Source: Planctomycetota bacterium (GTDB lineage: Bacteria > Planctomycetota > PLA2 > JAEUHO01). From it: a DNA stretch of 64,000 nt. The position numbers were made by a program, and so were the translations under genes. Shown piece by piece: positions 41,138-51,100 of the stretch. How positions within the stretch are numbered: the stretch's first letter is position 1; the number at the start of each line of letters is the position of its first letter. The notes under the pieces were generated by a model. That model searched no databases, had not been told where the DNA came from, and saw nothing but the letters and a program-made list of their open reading frames with translations. The DNA lies in NCBI GenBank assembly GCA_965223505.1, contig CBDCWP010000010.1:64001-128000 (forward strand), read 5' to 3'.

Positions 41138-41319
41138 CTAGGCTCTGTTTCGAAACTGCCGCTGCTGCGCCCGGCGATCCTCTTGCTGCGCCCCGCCCGA
41201 ACTCGGAACCTCGTCCTCGACGGGCACAGAGCCCGCCTGCGGCGAGAACCGCTCGTTCAGACTCGGGCTCGCATCGGTCTCCCCGGGCTCGCGACGCGGC
41301 ATTTCGAAACGGAGCCTAG
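41138..41319. mobile_element. MITE-like element with terminal inverted repeats flanked by CTAG
   Basis: CTAGGCTCTGTTTCGAAACTGCCG ... CGGCATTTCGAAACGGAGCCTAG; no transposase inside. Confidence 0.7.
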
Positions 41320-41605
41320 AGCCGTCGAGCACATGCAAGAGGCGCTGGAGTCTGAGGCTGTGCGCGGCGATCTTGCACGCGCCCATCTCTACAACGCTGT
41401 CTGCTAAGCGGCTCGAGCTTCCCGTTCGCCTGACTCCGCGGAGGAGCGAGCGGCATTGGAGGAAATGCCATCCGGACTAAAGGTGGCCGGCCGTACCACC
41501 GCGGCACGGTTCGTGCTAATGCGAGGCGGCGCTCTGTTCCGAGCGATGTCGATCCGGCGCCGGACACGTACTTGCGGCATCCGGCGCGATCCTGAGGAAA
41601 CAACC

Positions 41606-41701
41606 ATGCCCAAAGGCAGAAGTTCCAAGAGTTCGAAGGCCCCGAAGAGTGGAGCAAAGGCCGCCGGCAAGACGGCGGCGAACAAGAGCAAGAAGAAGTA
41701 G
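41606..41701 (+). CDS. 31-aa Lys/Ser/Ala-rich small protein
   Basis: MPKGRSSKSSKAPKSGAKAAGKTAANKSKKK, preceded by a GAGGA RBS and followed by a terminator-like hairpin. Confidence 0.55.
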   Translation: MPKGRSSKSSKAPKSGAKAAGKTAANKSKKK

Positions 41702-41755
41702 GGGAACGAGCCCGAACGTTCGGTGGCGTGCCCCAAGCGGTTCGGGCCGCAACTC

Positions 41756-41790
41756 GGCGGGCAGGGATGCCACGTCCCTGCCCGCCCTTT
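41756..41790 (+). terminator. Hairpin between convergent genes
   Basis: GGCGGGCAGGGA-TGCCACG-TCCCTGCCCGCC followed by CTTT. Confidence 0.55.
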
Positions 41791-41903
41791 CATATCGTCA
41801 CGTCACGTTCGCCGGAGCGGCGCGTCGGCAGCGGGCAACATGCCCCATCTCATCCGGCGCAAAGGACATGCCCAGCCTAACGACGGGGTGGAACGCGATG
41901 CGT

Positions 41904-42485
41904 TCAAGAAGCCGTCGCGTGCGGCAGGTCGTGGAGTACGAACTCGGGCACGCATCCGAGGGCGACGTACCTGCCTTTCAGCGGCTCCTCGAGCGTGTCG
42001 AAGTCGTCGACGCCGCCACGGCACGCCACGCTCCCGCACACACAAGAGCTCAGCGACCAGTGACCTCGGCTCATCCAAGTCGAGTAGTCGAAACTGACCT
42101 CCTCCCCACACTGCACGGCCGCGATGGCGCGGAGTGCGGGGCCGTCGTCTTCTTCGAACAGGCCGCAGTTCGGCTGGCACGAGTGGTTCACGTAGTCATC
42201 GAAGCTGCCAGAAGGCCCCATGAACAGTCGCGGCCCGACCTGGAGCCAATGGTCCAGCCTCTCGATCGACTCGACAGGAGCCGTCTCACCTCGGAATCGG
42301 ACGATCAACTCCCCAACCGGGAAGGGCCGTAACGCGAACACGCCTCGCCCCTTGCCGGGGGTGATGCCTAGGCAGAGGTCTGCACTTCCAGGATGACTGG
42401 GCATCGAAACGCGAGGACGGGCCGTCACCGGGGTAGCCGCTTGCGAGGCCTTCTGCAGGCCGTTCCTGTTCTTGTCGTTCGGCAT
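41904..42485 (-). CDS. SET-domain protein-lysine methyltransferase with post-SET motif
   Basis: GKGRGVFA, YVNHSCQPN, GEEVSFDY, CVCGSVACRG; start uncertain. Confidence 0.88.
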   Translation of the reverse strand: MPNDKNRNGLQKASQAATPVTARPRVSMPSHPGSADLCLGITPGKGRGVFALRPFPVGELIVRFRGETAPVESIERLDHWLQVGPRLFMGPSGSFDDYVNHSCQPNCGLFEEDDGPALRAIAAVQCGEEVSFDYSTWMSRGHWSLSSCVCGSVACRGGVDDFDTLEEPLKGRYVALGCVPEFVLHDLPHATAS

Positions 42486-42923
42486 CGGCTCGACCTCGTC
42501 CACCGCGAGACCGCACTGGATGACCGAACCGTCCGGCTTCCTGCACGGCACGAGACGTTCGCGGAGGGTTGGGCTCAGCGACGCACAGGCCGTGCCTCAT
42601 CCGCGCGAGGACACACACGGTCCGCGAACGCCGCGGGGAGAAGACCTGGTGACGTCGTGACGCGTGGCAAATTGCCCCTGCGACGGGGCACGTTGCCTCA
42701 CCTGGGCCCGGTGGATGGGAGTCTCCGAGCGCGCCGCGAGGGCAACGCGGACCACCTTCGGCGCGGTGACCCGTCGCGAAGGTGTCGCGGCGGCGGGGTT
42801 ACGGCGGCGGCGCACCCTCCGCGAGGAGATCGAGCAGGACAGAGAGCAGCGCCGTGGTTTCGATACGGACTCGGTCAGCTGCCGGTGCGTCCCGGCATCG
42901 CCGACGGACGTTCGGGGGAGTCG

Positions 42924-44723
42924 CTAGATCAGCATGACCACCGCCGTCGCGGACATCAGCACGGTCAAGATCCCGCCCACGACGACGAAATCACGCGTGC
43001 GATAGCCCGCGGGGCTGATCACCATCAGGTTGCACGCGTGCGCGAAGGGCAGCATGAACGCGCAGCTCGTCCCGATGGCGACGGCCAGGAACGCGCGCGA
43101 CACGTCGTACCCCGTGGCCGCGGCGGCCTCGAAGGCAACGGGCGCGAGAATCACGGCCGCCGCGGCGTTGTTGCTGGTCGTACTGAGCAACGCCGAGGCC
43201 AAGAACAAGCAGGCCACCAGCCCGGCCGTGCCGGCGGTGTCGTGCACCCCGCGCAGCAACTCCGCCGCGTTGCCTGCCAGTCCACTGGCGTCGAGCGCGA
43301 TCCCGAGCGGGATGGTTCCAATGACGAGGAAGAGGATGGTGAAGTCCACCGATCGGCGCGCTCCGTCGACCGACAAGCAGCCGCTGACCACCATGAGCAC
43401 GGCCGCGCCCAACGCGCTCAATGCGAGCGGCATCCAGCCGAAGAGGGGTGGCAAGAGCGCCAGCAGCAGAAGCCCGACCGCAAGGGGCGCGCGGCTGACG
43501 TCTTCCTCGACGGCGTCTCCGTGGCCGAGGACGAGGAAGTCGACGTCTTCCGAAAGCTCACGGATCTTGGCGAGCGGCCCCGAGACGAGAAGGGCGTCTC
43601 CGAGCGCGAGAGGACGCTCGGCGAACGCGGCAGTCTCGATCGCACCACCGTGCCAAAGCGAGATCGCGTGAAGCCCGTACTTCCTCCGGAAGTCCAGCTC
43701 CAACAATGTGCGACCGATGGCACCGCTGCGCGGCGCGAGCGTGACTTCGGCGAGTGTGACGCCGCGGCCGATCAACCGTTCGACCTCTTCGGCATCCGCC
43801 TCGCGGAGTTCCAGCTGGAGCTCGTCCGCCATGCGGCGCGCGTCCGCCGGCTCTCCCTCGAGGTAGAGGATGTCGCCCGCCTGGAGCACGAGCGTCGCCT
43901 TCGGTTGTAGCGACTTGCGGCCGAGCGGTGTGGCACGCAAGACGAGGACGGCGTCCATGCGGTAGTCGCGACGCAGCCCGGAGTCCTCGAGCGCCTTCCC
44001 GACCAGGGGGGATTGCCGCTCGAGACCTGCGTGGAACAGCGTGTTCGTGAGCTCGTAGGCGGCCGCGAGCTGCTCCTGTCGCTCCATGTGGCCCGGGCGG
44101 CGCGTCCGACGCGTGTCCGGGAGCAGGCGCCAGCCGACCGTCGCCATGAAGACGATCCCGACGAGGACGATCGGTCCGCCGATGGCAGCGAACTCGAACA
44201 TGCCGAGTCCCGATCCCGTTCGCAGCCTCAGCTCATTGCCGAGAATCAGGTTGGGCGTCGTTCCGATCAGGGTGAGCGTGCCGCCCAGGATGCCCGCGTA
44301 GGCGAGGGGCATGAGCAGCCGCGAGGCGGCCACGCCCGTCCGGCGGCTCAGCACGGCGACGGCCGGCAAGAACACGGCCACCGTCGCGGTGTTGGACATG
44401 AACGCGCTCATCAACGCGGTTGCGACCATGACCAGCACGATGAGCCGGGTCACACCGCGCCCTCCGACCCGCTCCAGGCCGCGCGCGCAGAGCGTCGCCA
44501 CCCCGCTCTCCTGGAGTCCGGCCCCGAGCAGCAGGATGCCGGCAAGGGCGATCACGGCCTGATTGCCGAATCCGCGCAGGCTTTGCTCGGTGGACAAGAC
44601 CCCGGTGGCGGCGAGCACGAGGGGGATCGCGAGGGCCGTCACGGCGAGCGGGATCCACTTCGTCACGAACAAGACGACGGCTACCGCCAGGGTGATGACC
44701 GAGATCCAGGCGTCCACGCTCAT
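42924..44723 (-). CDS. SLC13/CitMHS-type permease with two TrkA-C domains
   Basis: SAFMSNTATVA, GGTLTLIGTTPNL, central RCK-C domains, SNNAAA, GYRTRDF. Confidence 0.88.
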   Translation of the reverse strand: MSVDAWISVITLAVAVVLFVTKWIPLAVTALAIPLVLAATGVLSTEQSLRGFGNQAVIALAGILLLGAGLQESGVATLCARGLERVGGRGVTRLIVLVMVATALMSAFMSNTATVAVFLPAVAVLSRRTGVAASRLLMPLAYAGILGGTLTLIGTTPNLILGNELRLRTGSGLGMFEFAAIGGPIVLVGIVFMATVGWRLLPDTRRTRRPGHMERQEQLAAAYELTNTLFHAGLERQSPLVGKALEDSGLRRDYRMDAVLVLRATPLGRKSLQPKATLVLQAGDILYLEGEPADARRMADELQLELREADAEEVERLIGRGVTLAEVTLAPRSGAIGRTLLELDFRRKYGLHAISLWHGGAIETAAFAERPLALGDALLVSGPLAKIRELSEDVDFLVLGHGDAVEEDVSRAPLAVGLLLLALLPPLFGWMPLALSALGAAVLMVVSGCLSVDGARRSVDFTILFLVIGTIPLGIALDASGLAGNAAELLRGVHDTAGTAGLVACLFLASALLSTTSNNAAAAVILAPVAFEAAAATGYDVSRAFLAVAIGTSCAFMLPFAHACNLMVISPAGYRTRDFVVVGGILTVLMSATAVVMLI

Positions 44724-44904
44724 CGCAGGACTGTACCGACGAAGCGACCGGGAGTCCGGTATCCGATCCAGACATTCGGCCGTGGGTCCCGCGCTGTGCG
44801 CGTGGATGCGTCGCCACGACGCGCGCCGAGCGGTCACGAATCGCAATGCGTTCCGGCCTTTTCTACCTTGTACGCTACCGGACCGCAGCCCGGAGGCACC
44901 TACC

Positions 44905-45171
44905 GTGGTCGACATCCGCGAGGCGGCGCAGGCCGCTCTTCAGTTCATGCGCGACATCTACGAGGAAGACGACCTCGACAAGCTCGGCGTCGAAGAAGTC
45001 GAGCGCGACACGGAGAACGGTCATTGGTTGGTGACCGTCGGCGTCGGTGGCGCCAAGCCCGCCAGCACCATGTCGGTCGTCGAAGGGGAGGGCGTCGATC
45101 GACACTACAAGGTCATCCAGATCGACGCGGAGAGCGGCGCCGTGATCTCGATGCGCAACTCGAGCAGCTGA
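44905..45171 (+). CDS. Small acidic hypothetical protein (PepSY-like pattern)
   Basis: RBS GGAGG; VEEVE..WLVTVG..RHYKVIQIDAESGAVISM. Confidence 0.6.
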   Translation: MVDIREAAQAALQFMRDIYEEDDLDKLGVEEVERDTENGHWLVTVGVGGAKPASTMSVVEGEGVDRHYKVIQIDAESGAVISMRNSSS

Positions 45172-45238
45172 CGACCTGATTCGCCGAGCGTCCGCTCGGC
45201 TCAGAGCAACGCTGCAACGTCGATCGTAGCGTCGCCCG

Positions 45239-46279
45239 CTAGTAGCCGGCCTTCTTGTCGACGACGTTCACGAGCGGCTCTCCCTTCGCGAATCGCTCCA
45301 CGTTCTCGCGGAAGATCGCCAAGCGGCGCTCCTTCGTCAGCTCCGCCTTGCCCGCGACGTGCGGTGTGATCACGACGTTGTCCATGGCCCAGAGCGGGCT
45401 GGCGACCGGCAACGGCTCCGGATCGGTCACATCGAGGCATGCGCCGCCCAGATGGCCGGACTTCAACGCGGCCACGAGAGCATCGCTGTCGACGATGGCG
45501 CCGCGGGCGATGTTGATCAAGATCGCGCCCGGCTTGATCTTCGCGATGCGCTCGGCATCGAAGAGCCCGCGTGTGTCGGACGTGAGCGGCAGCGCGATCG
45601 CGACGACGTCCGCCCGCGGCAGAAAGCGGTCGAGGTCCTTGGCCGTACCGAGCTCCTGGACGTAGTCGGGCGCCGTTCGGGCGGTGCGCACCGTCGCCAG
45701 CACGTTCATGTCGAACGCGTGACCGCGCTTGGCGATCTCGCGGCCGATGCCTCCCATGCCCACCACCAGCAACGTCGTCTCGGCGAGCGCCGCTTGGTCC
45801 TTGCCCGCGCGCCGATCCCAGCGTGCCTCGCGTTGGGCCGCGCGAAACGCCCCGAGGTCCCGGCGCAGATAGAGCAGCATCGCGAAGACGTGCTCGCTGA
45901 TCACCGGGCCGTGGGCGCCCTTCATGTTGGTGAACGTGATCGCGTCGTTCTTCATCAAGCCCTCGAGTTTGAGGTAGCGATCGACCCCTGCGCTCCACGA
46001 TTGGACCCAGCGCAGGTTCGTCGCCGCCGAGAGGAACGCGTCCGACACCAGATGCGCGTCGGCGCCGTGGAACTCCGCGGCCCGTGCGAGCGCGTCCTTG
46101 CGCGAGAGGCCGGTGACGAAGCGCACGTTCGGCGCCGCCTCGGCCATCGCGGCGACCTGCGCCTCGTCGAGCGCGCTCGTCAAGTAGACGAGCTGATCGT
46201 CCGGTTCGGCGGCGATCTCGCCACAGGCCGTCAGGCAGAGTGCGAACGCGAGGACGGAGGGAGCACGAAGTCGGCACAT
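45239..46279 (-). CDS. D-2-hydroxyacid dehydrogenase with N-terminal lipoprotein signal
   Basis: VGMGGIG, LPLT..T, NIARG, LDVTDPEPL, ITPHVAG; lipobox LTAC. Confidence 0.88.
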   Translation of the reverse strand: MCRLRAPSVLAFALCLTACGEIAAEPDDQLVYLTSALDEAQVAAMAEAAPNVRFVTGLSRKDALARAAEFHGADAHLVSDAFLSAATNLRWVQSWSAGVDRYLKLEGLMKNDAITFTNMKGAHGPVISEHVFAMLLYLRRDLGAFRAAQREARWDRRAGKDQAALAETTLLVVGMGGIGREIAKRGHAFDMNVLATVRTARTAPDYVQELGTAKDLDRFLPRADVVAIALPLTSDTRGLFDAERIAKIKPGAILINIARGAIVDSDALVAALKSGHLGGACLDVTDPEPLPVASPLWAMDNVVITPHVAGKAELTKERRLAIFRENVERFAKGEPLVNVVDKKAGY

Positions 46280-46425
46280 GGACGGTCTCCTTCGTCGAGA
46301 GAGAGTCGAGAGAGATGCGTGAGATGGTACGGGAGAGGCCCCGCTCCTCTCGACCGAGCGAGAGGTGTCGCCGCCTGCGCCGTTGCCCGGGTCGCGGGCA
46401 GGTCGCTAGATTGGAGCGGGGTCGC

Positions 46426-46785
46426 ATGGACCAACCGCAGCATTCCGAGTTCGGCCTGCGCTGGCGCGTAAAACTGATCGCGGCACTCGTCGTCATGGCC
46501 GCGCTCGTCGTGATCTCCGCCGTCGGCATCGGCGTCACGCTCCATGGCCGTACCGAGACCCAAGACTCCCTGGATCACTGGCGCGCCGTCGCCGAAGACG
46601 AGGCCGCGGAAGGAAGTCGGCCCGGGTCCGGTTTCGAGTCGCCGAAGTCGCGAATCCAGCGGTTGGAGAAGGAGCTCGACGCCGTCCCCGGGCGCTTGTT
46701 CCCGCTCTGCGCTTTGTTCGTCGTCGCGAGCGTCCTGCTGGTGCTCGGCTACCGCAAGCTGCGCCCAAGCCGTCGCACGGCCTGA
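46426..46785 (+). CDS. Hypothetical two-TM protein
   Basis: Two hydrophobic helices flanking a polar loop. Confidence 0.5.
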   Translation: MDQPQHSEFGLRWRVKLIAALVVMAALVVISAVGIGVTLHGRTETQDSLDHWRAVAEDEAAEGSRPGSGFESPKSRIQRLEKELDAVPGRLFPLCALFVVASVLLVLGYRKLRPSRRTA

Positions 46786-46949
46786 CGCCGGGGCGCGCGC
46801 TCGACGGCGACCTCGCCCGGACCCTCGGAACGCGGCGAAAAAAAATCCGGGCCGGTCCGAGCGCGGATGCCGTGTGAACAGATGGAAGCGCATCTCACGA
46901 AGCTGCTTCCGGAAGCACCGGACCAAACGGCGGTGGAAAGGGAACCATC

Positions 46950-47526
46950 ATGACCAAGACGACCTACGCCCTGTTGAGCGCGGCCTTCGTGCTCGGAATC
47001 CTGTTCACCCAGTCCGGCGTCGCGCCCAGCGAGGCACGCTCGGGCGGAAGCCACAGCTCGTTCGTGGTCCGCCTCGCAGGCACCGCCCAGGCGCGCTCGC
47101 TCAACGCCGAAGAGATCGCCATCCTCGACGCCGACCAGGCGACGATCGACAACGCGCTCTGCTTCGACCTCGACCTGGGTCGATCCCGAGACCGGCCGCG
47201 TGATCGGGCAGGCGACCGACTGCCTGCTGAACATTTCGGAGGTCGCACCGGGCCTGTTCATCGAGGCGGCGACCTTCTTCCGTCTGCCGGAAGGCCTGCT
47301 CGTCGCCGAAGGACGCACGACCGTGCAGCCCAAGACGGGCGGCTCGACCCCGATCACGCACGTCACGGGATCGATTCCCACGCCCGGTGACAACTCGATC
47401 CTGCACGGAACGGAGCGTTTCGCCGGCGCCGAGGGTGAAGTTCGCCTCTCGGGCGCGGTCAACCTCTCCAACGTCGGATCCGGCGAGATCACGTTCGACT
47501 GCCTGTTCGTGATCGATCTCGACTGA
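46950..47526 (+). CDS. Secreted beta-barrel (dirigent/allene oxide cyclase-like) protein; +1 frameshift at ~47177-47179
   Basis: Signal peptide; removing one G gives CFDLDLVDPETGRVIGQATDCL; ILHGTERFAGAEGEV motif. Confidence 0.6.
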
Positions 47527-47548
47527 GCGACGGGTCACGAAGCAGAAC

Positions 47549-47581
47549 GAGCCCGCCCGCGATCTCGCGGGCGGGCTCTTT
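47549..47581 (+). terminator. Rho-independent terminator
   Basis: GAGCCCGCCCGCGA-TC-TCGCGGGCGGGCTC followed by TTT, between convergent genes. Confidence 0.75.
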
Positions 47582-47599
47582 GATTTCGGCGACGCGCGC

Positions 47600-48163
47600 C
47601 TACTTCGCCAGGCGCCAACGCAGCCACGTACGCGCGGCGCGCCAGTCCTCTTTGACGGTCGTCGCGGAAGCGCCCATCGACTCGGCGACCTCCTCGATGG
47701 TCAAGCCGGCCAGGAAGCGCAGCTCGACGACACGCGCAGCGCGCGGGTCCGCCTCGGCGAGCTCCGACAGTGCCGCGTCGAGCTCCACGAGATCGACGCC
47801 CGCCGCTTCCGTCGAAGGATCGCCGCTGAGCTCACCGCTCAACGTCACGCGTCGCCAGCCGCCGCCCCGCTTCTGGGCGCCCTTCTTGGCCGCGTGGTCG
47901 GCGAGAACCTGGCGCATCGCCTTCGCCGCGACACAAAAGAAATGCCGCCGGTTCTCCCAGCTCTCGCGGTTGCGGGACAGCTTCATGTACGCGTCGTGCA
48001 CCAATGCCGTGGGTTGCAGCGTGTGATTGCGGCCGCGCGGACCGAGGAGTCGCCGCGCGGTGGCGCGCAGCTCGTCGTAGACCAGCGGCAGCAGGGCGGT
48101 TCCCGCGGACGCGTCGCCGCTCGTTGCCGCCGTCAGCAGGTCGTCGAACTCCATGTCAGTCAT
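47600..48163 (-). CDS. ECF sigma factor of the kinase-associated type
   Basis: LLPLVYDELR, HTLQPTALVHDAY, AMRQVLADHA..K.AQKRGG, VELRFLAGL, DWRAARTWL. Confidence 0.9.
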   Translation of the reverse strand: MTDMEFDDLLTAATSGDASAGTALLPLVYDELRATARRLLGPRGRNHTLQPTALVHDAYMKLSRNRESWENRRHFFCVAAKAMRQVLADHAAKKGAQKRGGGWRRVTLSGELSGDPSTEAAGVDLVELDAALSELAEADPRAARVVELRFLAGLTIEEVAESMGASATTVKEDWRAARTWLRWRLAK

Positions 48164-51100
48164 CCCACGCTTCCATGATTTCGCGGTGGAGCGTCACGTT
48201 CGCGATCATCGACGCGCGGTACTCTTCCGGAACGTGCTCGACGTGCTCGTCGAGCAGGCGCTTGGCGGCGTCCAGGTACGAGCGTTCACCGGTCACCTGC
48301 CACATCGGGAACAGGACATGGAGGGCGTCGGCCTTTGCGCCCGCCGCTTCGAACGCCGTTCGGGCCGCGTCGACGTCGCCGTCCGGAAGACGCGCGAGCA
48401 ACGCCGCCGCGTGTGCGACGTCAGCCAGACGATTCTGCGCGCGCAGCAATTGCAGCGCCTCTTGCAACGGGCGGCCGGCTGCGTCGAATGCGCCCGCCCG
48501 TAGGTGCAGCTCGCCGAGCTGAATCAACGAGTCGGCCACGCCGTCGCCGTGTCCGGTCTCGCGGCGCACCGCGAGTCCCCGGTTCGCGAACGCGAGCGCG
48601 GCTTCGGGATCCCCCTCCTGGGCGGCGACATCGCCCAGTGCGCGAAGCGCATAGCCCTCGGCGTAACGGGCACCGATCTGCAGGCAGAGCTCCAAGCAGC
48701 TTTGGAGCGCCGCGCGCGCGCGCGCGACCTGGCCGAGCTTCAACCACAGGGGGCCGAGGTTGACGAGCGCGACGGCTTCGCTGCTCTTCTGTCCGATCTC
48801 GCGTGCAATTGCGAGATAGCGCTCACACTGCGCGAGCGCGTCCCCGTAGCGGCCGAGCGTCTGGAACAGACTGCCGAGTCCGCCCATGGTGATCGCTTCC
48901 CCGTGGCGGTTGCCGATCTCGCGCGCGATCGCCAGACTCCGTTGGAATTGCGCCAGCGCCTCCTCGTAGCGGCCCAGCGCGTAGAGCGAGTTGCCGAGAT
49001 CGCCCGTGGCCGCGACCTCCCCGGCGCGATCCCCGATCTCGACGGAGATTGCAAGCTCCTGCTCGAGATACGGCAGCGATGCCTCGTGATGACCGCGGGT
49101 GTGCAGCACCGTGCCCAGACTGCCCAGCGCGCCGGCCTCGCCCCGGCGATCTCCCAGCTCGCGCGAGAGCGCGAGGCTGCGCTCGAACTTCGCCTGCGCA
49201 TCGTCGTAGCGGCCGAGCGCGCGCAGCGCGCGGCCGAGGCCGGTCGTCGCGCCGACCTCTCCGCGACCGTCCCCGACCTCGCGAAAGCATGCCAACGCGC
49301 GCTCGAGGAACCCGAGTGCGTCCTCGTAGCGGCCGGTGCTCGCCAGCAGATCGCCTTCCGCCTGCTCCACTCTCGCGAGCGAACGCTTGTCGGCGGCCAG
49401 CGTCCGGGCTTCGGCCAGCACCGGTTCCTGCTCCGCCCTGCGTCCCAAGAGGTGTAGACGCGAGCTCTTGCGCAGGAGGATCTCGAGTCGGCGCTCGCCC
49501 TCGAGCAGATCCAACGCCCGATCCGCGAGCGCGATCGCTCGCTCGTTGAGGAAGGCGGCTTCGAGCTCGTCGAGCGCGGCGTCGAGATGGGGGAGCGCGC
49601 GCTCGGCATGGACACCTCGCAGGTGATGCTCGCAGATGTCGAGCGGCGTGCCGCCGTCTTCCAGCGCGGTCGCGATCGCGGCGTGGTACTCCTCGCGCAG
49701 GGGCTTCGAGAGCCCTTCGTAGAGCGTCTCTTGCACCTGGTGGTGGTCGAACACGAAGTGGTCCCCGACGGCGTGCACGAGCCGGTGTCGCTTCTCGATT
49801 CGGCCGAGCATCTGCAGCGCGACGATCCGAGCGATCCCCAGCACCGTGGCCACGACGCCGGACTCGAACTCGAACCCAAGGCAGCTCGCGATGTCGAGCA
49901 GGGTCCGTTCGTCGTCGGCGAGCTCGGCGACGCGCGCGTTCACGATGCCGGCGACGGACGAGGGCACCGAGATCTCCTCGATGCGCCGGGTCGTCGCCCA
50001 GGATCCATCGGGTTGGCGTGCGATGAAGCGCCCCTCGCGGAGGCCCTGGATGATCTCGAACGCGAAGAAGGGATTGCCGTCGGACTTGAGCGCGATCTGA
50101 TGGCCCAGCTCCCCGGCCAGTCGTTCCGAGCGGAACACGTCCTCCAGCAGCTTCGCGAGGTCTTTCGGGCCCAGCCGGGCAACCTGGGCGTGCGTGGCGT
50201 GGTCCAGACGATCGATCTCGGCGATCCAGCGTTCGCTCACGCCCGGGCGCATCGTGCCCACGAGCAAGACGCGATGTCCCGGCGCCGCCATCGCCAACGA
50301 CGAGAAGAGCGCGCGTCCTTCCTCCGGGGCGAAGTGCAGATCGTCGATCAGCACGATCGTCGTTCGCTCGGCGGCGAGCGCGTGCGTGGCGTGGACGAAC
50401 ACCGTCTGCAGCGAGTCCTTGGTGAGCGCCTGGGCCTCGGACGGGAGCGCCTCGCCCCGCAACACCGCGGCGAACGCGGGAACCAGGACCGGCGTCGCCG
50501 TGAGGACGTCGGCGAGCGACTGCTCGAGTCCCTCGGCGCCGAACTGCTCGCGATAGGCCTCGGAGAATGCGCCTGACGCCGTCGCCGCCCCGCCGGGCGG
50601 GTACGAACCGAAGAGGAAGTTGACGTTCGGGCCGAGCCGCCGCACGAACTCGTCCACGAGGCGGGTCTTGCCGACGCCGGCCTCGCCTTCGAGCAAGAGC
50701 ACCTGCCCGTCGCCCGCGTCGGCCTTGTCGAACAAGCGCTGGAGCTTCGCGAGGTCGTCGTCGCGACCGTAGACCGCCGTCTCCCGCGCAATGCGGATCC
50801 GCCGCAAGGGCCGCCGGGTCTCCTGACGAAGCGCCGTCGCGCGTTCCCGCCACCATGCGGACCGCTCGCCGTGATCCAGCACGTCCGCGACCTGAGACGC
50901 GCTGTCGAAGCGCTGCTCTCGATCCCGCTGAAGCAGGGTGTGGACCACCTCTTCGAAGAACGCACTGAGCTGCGGGTTGATCTCGCCCGCCTTGCGCGGC
51001 GTGCGCTCGACGATGTTCTTCAGCAGCTTCGAGAAGTCCTTGTCGCGATGCGGGTGCCGGCCCGTGGCGAGCTCGTAGAGCAACACGCCCAGCGCGTAGA

